64,000 nucleotides of DNA from Candidatus Magasanikiibacteriota bacterium (GTDB lineage Bacteria; Patescibacteriota; Patescibacteriia; Magasanikbacterales; GWA2-37-8). The position numbers were made by a program, and so were the translations under genes. Where the stretch lies: the NCBI GenBank assembly GCA_041666745.1, contig JBAYGI010000002.1, positions 36,291 through 100,290 of the forward strand, read 5' to 3'. This document shows, piece after piece, positions 59,801 to 64,000 of the stretch; within the stretch, counting starts at the first letter, position 1; each line of letters starts with the position of its first letter. The notes below the pieces were generated by a model. It worked only from the letters and a program-made list of their open reading frames with translations. It was not told the origin of the DNA and did not search any database.

Positions 59801-62800
59801 TCTGGTATGCGGATACTGATTTTGACAATCAATACAAAACCGGCATGAGAGTTCGTTTGCGAGCTATTGATATTTTCAATAATCAAAGTGGTGACACAGA
59901 AACTTCCGACTTTACTTTGGATACCGCCAATCCGGTTGTTTCCAATGTCATAGCCGGTCAAACTTTGGGTTCGGATAGTGTTACAATAAATTATGATTTA
60001 GCTGATAATTCTACAGACAATGTTTTGGTCGTTTTGGATGTTTCATCTGACAATGGTTCTTCATGGACGGTAGCTACTTCTTCTTTGTCCGGTGATATCG
60101 GAACAAGTCAGACGACCGGTTCAAATAAATCAGTTACTTGGAATGCCGGAGGGGATTTTGGTGAGCAGTACAACAACAACATGCAAGTTCGTGTGCGAGC
60201 AATGGATAAATTTACCAATTGGGGTACTTATGTAAGTTCCTCAAATTTCATGGTTGATACCAAAGCGCCGGTTATTTTAACTTTAGCGAATTTGAAGGCT
60301 CAGCCTAATGCCGGCGACACCACAGTTTTGATCGGTGGAAACTTTTCTGAAGATAATCCGGACACCAATGATTTTTACGTGGCAAATAATGGCGGGAGTT
60401 ACAGTGTGGCCACGGCAGGAGATAATAATACCGCCAACCCGTCTGACCAAATCACTGCTGTCGGCTCAACCTTGAAAGGCAGTAGCTATATTTCTAAAGT
60501 AAAGATATTACATACGGATGATTTTGGAAATATAAAATCAAATGAAAACATTAATCCTGCCAGTGGTTATAAATATGTAAAACCATACACACCGGCAACT
60601 TTGACAGTAAATAACCCTACTTCCAGTTCGGTAGACGTCGCAGTGAATAAAAATACCAACGAAGTGTCAGGTTTGGAATATGCGATTTATGAAAATTCAA
60701 CCGGTAAATATGTGCAGACAGATGGCACGCTCAATACTGATGCCGTTTGGCAAACCGGAGCAAGTTGGGGTACAAAAACTGTGATCGGTTTGAGTTCACC
60801 TGTGTCCGTTTATGTTTTTCAAACCAAATCCAGAAATAGCGCCGATACTGCTCATGCCACATCCAGCGAGAGTTCTTTGTCCGCTGGTGCTTCGGCCGGT
60901 AATAATTCACCGGTAATTTCTATAAATTCTGTTGTCCAAAGCGCAGGCTCGAATTATGTGATGATCAATTATACCGGTTCAGATAATGAAAACGATGTGG
61001 TAAATTTGGTCAACTACGAATATTCATTAAATGATGTCGATTGGTTTGCGATGACCGAAAAATCCGGTGTTGGCAGTGATGGTAAAACCAATTTGGCCTT
61101 TACTTCCGGTGGAACGGCATTGGTATTTGCTTGGAATGCAGGCGCTGATTTATCTAATGTAGAGGATGCATCGGTGTATATTCGTCTTAGAGGTAATGAC
61201 GGTGTCCTTAATGGCAATTTGGAACAAAGTTCCGCTTTTGCGCTGGATTTGAAAGTACCAACCATTAGTAATATTAGCGCGAGTCAAGTAATTGATAGTA
61301 GTACAGTCGCTATCGCTTATGATTTATCTGATCTCACCGCTACAAGCAATACAGTTGTAATGGATATTTCTTCAGACAATGGATCGACTTGGACAATAGC
61401 GACTACAACCTTATCCGGTAATATTGGCAGTGGACAAAATGTTGGGGTTGGAAATACCATTAGTTGGAATGCGGGAGTAGATTTTGCTGATCAATATAGT
61501 ACACAAATGAAAGTTAGAATACGAGCGGTTGATTATTATGGAAATCAAAACGGCAGTGTTGTTTCAGGAGCCTTTACGGTTGATACCGCCGCTCCAATAA
61601 TAACCAATGTATCAGCTTCACAAATTTCCAACACCAACAATGTATCAATAACTTACGATTTGGCTGACACAAATAATTCAACCGTGGCAATTGATATTTC
61701 AGAAGATGGTGGGTCAACTTGGGCAGTAACCGATATTTCAGTTGCCGGTAATATTGGAGCGGGTGTTGCGCCGGGTACCGGTAAAACAATTGTTTGGAAT
61801 GCCGGCACGGATTTTGGCGGGCAATCACAATCGGATATGCGTGTGAGAGTGAGAGCTACTGATACTTATGGAGAAACTAGCGCCAATGTGTCATCGGCAA
61901 ATTTCTCGGTTGATACCGCTGTTGCTTTGTTGACAAATGTTTCGGCTACTCAGTCTATTGGATCAACCAACGTGATAATAAATTATGATTTAGCAGATTC
62001 AAATAATTCAACCGTTGTGATTGATATTTCTGATGATGGTGGATCAACATGGACCGTCACGGATACTTCTGTTTCCGGAAATATTGGCACCGGTGTCACA
62101 CCTGGCAACGGTAAATCTATAACTTGGAACGCTGACACGGATTTTGATTATCAATATCAAACAGATATGCGTGTGAGAGTACGCGCGACTGATGTGTATG
62201 GCAATCAAACCGCATATGTTGAATCTTCCAATTTTATTTTGGACACGGATAATCCGGTAGTAACAAATGTGGCTGTGGCGCAGACGGTTGGAACAAAAAA
62301 TGTAGTTATTACATATGATATCGCGGAAAATAATAATTCAACTGTGGCGATTGATATTTCAGAAGACGGTGGATCAACATGGACCGTCACGGATACTTCG
62401 GTTTCCGGAAATATTGGCGCCGGTGTCACACCAGGCACGGGTAAATCTATCACTTGGAATGCCGGCGCTGATTTTAATGGGCAGGCACAATCCGACATTC
62501 GAGTTAGAGTTCGAAGTGTAGATATTTTTGGTAATCAAGGAAATTATATCGAATCAAATAATTTTGCTCTGGACACTGCCACTCCGGTGATATCAAATAT
62601 TTCAGCCGGTCAATCGGCAGGTAGTAATAATGTAACTGTGGTCTATGATTTATCTGACGACAATACTTCCAATCTCAATGTTGCGTTGGATATATCTTCA
62701 GACAATGGGGTTACTTGGACGGTAGCGACCAGTACGGTGAGTGGCAATATTGGCGGTAGTCAAACCGCCGGTTTTGGAAAGAGTATTTCCTGGAATGCCG

Positions 62801-64000
62801 GTACAGATTTTTCGAATCAGTTTAGTGAAAATTTCCGAATACGTTTAAGAGCCTATGATATTTTTGGCAACCAAAGTAATAATTTTAGTTCGCCATTATT
62901 TACAGTAGACACACAAGCGCCGACTGTTTCTGGTGTGGTCGCTTCGCAGTCCGGCAATGGTGTAGTGGTGGTGAATTATAGTTTGGTTGATAATTCAGCC
63001 TTTAACAATTCTGTGACAATTGGTATTTCCGATGACGATGGCATTTCTTGGAATGTGGTAACTACTTCTGTAAGCGGGGATGTTGGAGTCAACCAAAATA
63101 CGGGTGTGCGTACTTTTGTTTGGGACGCGCCAATTGATTTTTACAGCCAACTTAATTCAGGCATGAAAGTACGTGTGCGAGCCACGGACACCTTTGGTAA
63201 TCAAGGAAGTTTTGTTCAATCATCTGCCTTTAGTTTGGATACCAAAGCTCCGGTGATTAGTAATGTTGCTGTCACACAAACTCTCAGTACGGATACAATT
63301 GTTGTTCATTATGATTTAACTGAAAATACTACGACATCTACTGTATCAGTGGAAGCCTCAGATGATGGTGGTTTGACATGGAATGTGACTATCACAAGTT
63401 TGACCGGCTCCGTTGGCAATGTTACAGCGGGTAGTAAAACCATCAATTGGAATGCCGGCGCGGATTTTGTTAATCAGGAAAAAAATAATATGCGTGTTCG
63501 TTTACACGCCTCGGACACTTTTGGTAATCTGAGCAGTAATTTTAGTTCAAGTGATTTTGTGCTCGACACCAAGGCTCCGGTTGGATTAGCTACAATCAGT
63601 AAATTTAGTTCAGCCACCGGCTCGGTTACTTTAAATTGGTCTGCGGGAGTGACTGATATCAATTTCAATCATTATGAAATTTGGCATGGAACGAACCAAA
63701 GTGATGTAAACAATCGCACCAGTTCAGCTTTGAAATGGAGCACGACCGACGATTCGGGATTGTCCAATATTTTGACCATTTCCACAGTTATTACCGGTAT
63801 TCCAACCGACGGAGATTATTTTGTGAAGATATTTGCTGTTGATGACTATAATCACGAAGCTACTATTCCAAGTATTGCGGTGTTTCAAACCGCAGTTACA
63901 CCGGTGACAGTAATTACCAGCGGTGGTGGTGGTGGCTTTGTCGCTCCGATAATTACTCGTTTGAGTCGTCCGATTTTAGATCCGATTGTTCCAATGGAAA
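50842..64000 (+). CDS. Giant surface/adhesin-like protein, partial (>4386 aa, continues past window end): N-terminal 2-TM anchor, ~550-aa unique region, >=21 tandem ~110-aa Asp-box (SxDxGxTW) beta-sandwich-type repeats interleaved with 4 copies of a ~330-aa FN3-containing supermodule
   Basis: ATG 50842 two nt after upstream stop; single open frame to 64000 (absent from supplied ORF track only because it lacks a stop); periodic motifs LDISSDNGSTWTVAT...KTITWNAG.DF.NQ...MKVRVRA.D every ~330 nt. Confidence 0.8.
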   Translation, partial: MATRWLNFFFRFSGYVFGLKQKIVKSDSLWKVIPEAIFLLLLEFSFAIVSLPMYLLVPPEKVQETGAIFPSANKEKPQISTYVVRRKISLVTTLSAAIIFFSKLIFVGIVSFYLLGAQQLLASTQDWDFTTSSQYITSSSSIEFVGGTAQLKDLGATVTGSTINAGVTTTGNNWAYNDWTDPSNVVVGGTRQTSNGNPGPYLNVNIAITGSATQNRTGAGYWTQSFVTTVASPDTATLNLDWKSITYTSPTAPATYRLYAFIDTSPTTTPPSSTSTAVWNSGEITGTTNWASISAVNIASKVPTAGTYYLKIAAYATSPKVATSFSYISGFDNIIVNWSKVTHVYDSTKPTVTPSSSLTMAKTVSWNSFAETATKNGGEIYYQLTGDDGSTWKYWNGSAWATASASNYNIATDVNTYIGSFATSSNQIKFKAFLSSSGSQQVILDNVAIGYTENLPPTVANLAPAQNIQNGYVFVNYNLQDTESDPSSLVNYEYSLTGAFAGEQVAMTASTTDPAHSGISNLTTSPAGVAHTFVWDAKSQLGAVYNTSVYVRMRGNDSIQSGAYTTSTVFTVDYVNPVVTNVSATQPLNTTTVQISYDLSDNTTDNLFTDFQVSGDGGSTWAVATSSASGAVGSGVTAGAGKIIYWNAGTNYGGHQQSNMQVRVRAKDKWQNIDGFVTSTNFSLDTLAPATLVTADLKAQPNAGDTTVLIGGSFTEVNPSTNTFYAAVTGGAYDGATIGTLNSASPSNQATTVTTSLKGNDYISKVKITHTDKYGQSFDNENTSPSTTFKFVKPYTPAAPTLSNPITTHLDLVVNSNVNEASGLEYAIYETTTAKYVQSNGTLGVSAVWQTSVAWGTKTVTGLSSPVSQYIFQVKSRNTSDGAHAVSSESAFSATAQIPNTAPSIALNTYAQTTDGTDYVTIAYTGTDGQGDISGVPTYQYSTDNATWHTMTQKSGVGSSGTSSLVFLPTGSAYNFAWDSNADLPTVETSTTKIRLKPNDSLIDGSTVTSNAFTVDHKAPVISAVTALQGAGTRTVTFSYTLTDANTSFVDLQVSNDGGMTWAIATSTVSGSVGAGVTPGAGKIITWNVATDFNEQYNTNMKVHIRARDSFGNQGVYDPSSPFTVDTHAPVISNITAVQDSSADTFTFHYDISEDASNSTLVLAISSNGGSTWVVATSTATGDIGSVANGTNKTITWNGATDFADQEKTNMQIRLTANDQYDNSSNLASGNFNLDTYAPRVTAVSGLQSTGNTTVGFSYTLTDQNSSLVQIDISSDGGSTWNVPSSSLTGDIGNVSPGSKSITWNAKTDFSNQQISNMRVRVRGKDIFNNQSGNTTSTNFSLDTLNPASLVITDLKAQPLAGDTAVLIGGSFTEVNPNTNIFSVAIDGGSYGSGVAGTVNTASPSDQSTAVGVTLKGNDYISKVKITHTDDYGQATDNENTSPSTTFKYVKPYTPAAPTVDNPTVGTVDALINKNVNEADGLEYAIYETSQSKYVQANGTLGTGAVWQPLGVLVGQWGEFLSVSGKVRVNSLATHSYLYQFEIKSRNSSDGAHLTSSESAFSAGASSANQSPVITINSASQTTDGSKYIPINYTGSDLESETNVLVKFEYSTDNSNWHTMTEKSGVGSNGTTGLAFVYTGTAHLFAWDVGTDLANTEDNTVYVRLQANDGTSSGNVATVSAFTVDTKNPSIASLTANQVLGLHNVSIGYNLTDLNTSTVILNISSDGGSTWNITSSTVSGAVGVGVTPGDGKSITWNALADFANQESSNMKVRLRATDSFGNQDIFVTSSAFIADTKVPVVSNVSAVQNSGNNFVTVGYDLSDASTSTVYLEVSSDSGSSWTVTSTNVSGNVGANVTPGSDKTITWNAGIDFPSQQVATMRVRVKATDVYNNAGENTESADFALDSKAPLLTNVSAAQVIGSDNFNFTYDLFDSANVIISLDISSNGGSTWTVATSSLSGAVGSGVAPGFGKTVSWNGAVDFNSQQKNNMKIRIRGTDIFNNTSINFESDVFNLDTLAPATAIGVDVKSQPNAGDTTVLVGGSFTETNPSANIFVVAINDGAYVASTTGQSGTATPADQATGVGTTLTGSDYISKVKIVETDNFGHNSTNENTSPNTTYKYVKPYTPSAPTVNNPQNTSLDVTVNANISESSTVEYAIMEVSTNKYVQTNGTLASSTVWKTLGVGAGQWGNTSGVSGKITVSSLNSPVANYSFKVKSRNPSDVAHAISSESDFSNITTITNSAPTISIVSASQSNNTNYVVINYTGTDGQNDTNNLTGYQFSTNTTNWFTMTEKSGVGSSGTNNLIFSSTGTAFNFAWNIAVDLPNTEVPTVYARLQSSDTLASSNLAVSSAFSVDTVGPVVSNILVSQTPNTNNVVINYDLSDNSGSNNTVILQISSNGGSTWTVPTTTLSGEVGTGVSVGTGKTVIWNVGVDYNNQENDVMKVRIVGIDRFDNIGSFVSSDDFTVDTKAPVVSIDSIIQEAGDGVIDVSYDISDHTMSGNFVDMQISDDGGATWNVVTTTVGGDIGAGVPSDGETFDWNAKVDFPNQEQSDMRVKVRARDYFGNQGVFVSSGNFSVDTKGPVVSSVTASQSTGTSTITINYNLTDLTASNLDVILDVSDDGGFSWTVATTTLAGNIGGSQTTGSGKTITWNSNVDYPGIYNTAMQVRVRAIDTWNNVGSNEASSNFTVDTAVPSISNITASQTVGSNSVTVHYDLSDDTTTNLTVALDISSDNGSTWTVATTTLSGNIGSGQTTGVNKTITWNAGIDFANQYNTVMKVRVRALDYYTNFASAILGTAFTLDTKNPVVSNVVAEQTVGTTNFVINYDLNDDNISNLTVALDISSDNGSTWTVATSTLSGNVGVGQDVGTNKAITWNAGTDYNSQYKTQMKVRVRAVDNYSNSSGNVNSSAFGLDTKNPIISNLTAIQNVGYNNVVIGYDLTEDTTSSIVVALDISNNSGSTWTVATTTLTGNIGSGQTAGNGKSIIWYADTDFDNQYKTGMRVRLRAIDIFNNQSGDTETSDFTLDTANPVVSNVIAGQTLGSDSVTINYDLADNSTDNVLVVLDVSSDNGSSWTVATSSLSGDIGTSQTTGSNKSVTWNAGGDFGEQYNNNMQVRVRAMDKFTNWGTYVSSSNFMVDTKAPVILTLANLKAQPNAGDTTVLIGGNFSEDNPDTNDFYVANNGGSYSVATAGDNNTANPSDQITAVGSTLKGSSYISKVKILHTDDFGNIKSNENINPASGYKYVKPYTPATLTVNNPTSSSVDVAVNKNTNEVSGLEYAIYENSTGKYVQTDGTLNTDAVWQTGASWGTKTVIGLSSPVSVYVFQTKSRNSADTAHATSSESSLSAGASAGNNSPVISINSVVQSAGSNYVMINYTGSDNENDVVNLVNYEYSLNDVDWFAMTEKSGVGSDGKTNLAFTSGGTALVFAWNAGADLSNVEDASVYIRLRGNDGVLNGNLEQSSAFALDLKVPTISNISASQVIDSSTVAIAYDLSDLTATSNTVVMDISSDNGSTWTIATTTLSGNIGSGQNVGVGNTISWNAGVDFADQYSTQMKVRIRAVDYYGNQNGSVVSGAFTVDTAAPIITNVSASQISNTNNVSITYDLADTNNSTVAIDISEDGGSTWAVTDISVAGNIGAGVAPGTGKTIVWNAGTDFGGQSQSDMRVRVRATDTYGETSANVSSANFSVDTAVALLTNVSATQSIGSTNVIINYDLADSNNSTVVIDISDDGGSTWTVTDTSVSGNIGTGVTPGNGKSITWNADTDFDYQYQTDMRVRVRATDVYGNQTAYVESSNFILDTDNPVVTNVAVAQTVGTKNVVITYDIAENNNSTVAIDISEDGGSTWTVTDTSVSGNIGAGVTPGTGKSITWNAGADFNGQAQSDIRVRVRSVDIFGNQGNYIESNNFALDTATPVISNISAGQSAGSNNVTVVYDLSDDNTSNLNVALDISSDNGVTWTVATSTVSGNIGGSQTAGFGKSISWNAGTDFSNQFSENFRIRLRAYDIFGNQSNNFSSPLFTVDTQAPTVSGVVASQSGNGVVVVNYSLVDNSAFNNSVTIGISDDDGISWNVVTTSVSGDVGVNQNTGVRTFVWDAPIDFYSQLNSGMKVRVRATDTFGNQGSFVQSSAFSLDTKAPVISNVAVTQTLSTDTIVVHYDLTENTTTSTVSVEASDDGGLTWNVTITSLTGSVGNVTAGSKTINWNAGADFVNQEKNNMRVRLHASDTFGNLSSNFSSSDFVLDTKAPVGLATISKFSSATGSVTLNWSAGVTDINFNHYEIWHGTNQSDVNNRTSSALKWSTTDDSGLSNILTISTVITGIPTDGDYFVKIFAVDDYNHEATIPSIAVFQTAVTPVTVITSGGGGGFVAPIITRLSRPILDPIVPME
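52560..63600 (+). repeat. Diverged tandem coding repeats (~330-nt unit x >=21; ~1-kb supermodule x4 beginning ~52925, ~54901, ~56920, ~60290) within giant gene
   Basis: Recurring peptide motifs at regular spacing; nucleotide copies are diverged (not identical). Confidence 0.7.

Noticed and set aside
52560-63600. CRISPR array suggested by regular repetition
   Set aside because: Repeat period is ~330 nt, the repeats are diverged and entirely protein-coding in one frame, and there are no short identical direct repeats with unique spacers.
51240-63668. About 20 minus-strand ORFs of 60-120 aa listed in the ORF track inside the repeat region
   Set aside because: All lie antisense or out of frame within the single giant plus-strand ORF, which has coherent domain periodicity. 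They are by-products of the Thr/Ser/Gly-rich codon composition.

Overview
This is an AT-rich bacterial chromosome segment with several Candidate Phyla Radiation (Patescibacteria) hallmarks. The GC content cannot be computed here; most codons end in A/T. (1) Positions 1-8984 hold a compact S10/spc ribosomal-protein cluster (rplD to secY). It has no rpmD (L30) and no rpmC (L29). secY is followed by recG rather than adk-map-infA. (2) A ~110-nt structured element occurs twice (8999-9108 and 41582-41690). Its ~75-nt GC-rich core is conserved, its outer stems are entirely different and perfectly base-paired, and an internal GNRA hairpin shows compensatory base changes. I read this as a candidate novel structured RNA embedded in terminators. 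(3) A ~440-bp GC-rich island follows recG. (4) A minus-strand polycistronic block (21687 down to 11782) encodes ClpC, a proline-rich membrane protein, a TolB-like beta-propeller, a DsbA-like oxidoreductase, a ~50-Cys secreted protein with a C-terminal M15 (VanY-like) peptidase domain, RadA and a hypothetical protein. (5) A family of short GC-rich palindromic elements (GTCATTCCCGCGAAAGCGGGAATCCAG and relatives) occurs intergenically and as in-frame insertions inside pgm (two copies) and leuS (two copies). (6) Two HicAB toxin-antitoxin pairs flank htpX. (7) A promoter upstream of an ORFan carries a G9 homopolymer tract in its spacer, so it may be phase-variable. (8) Housekeeping genes (pheST, leuS, gdhA, mutM, rseP, ADP-forming acetyl-CoA synthetase, pgm) are interspersed with a PAS protein plus two tandem paralogous histidine kinases. 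(9) A leuS-downstream operon encodes two CheY-like receivers, a 273-aa membrane-anchor protein and a giant protein (more than 4386 aa; it runs off the window end at 64000). The giant protein shares the anchor protein's N-terminal 2-TM module and consists of at least 21 tandem ~110-aa Asp-box (SxDxGxTW) repeat units interleaved with four copies of a ~330-aa FN3-containing supermodule. No rRNA, tRNA or CRISPR array was found.
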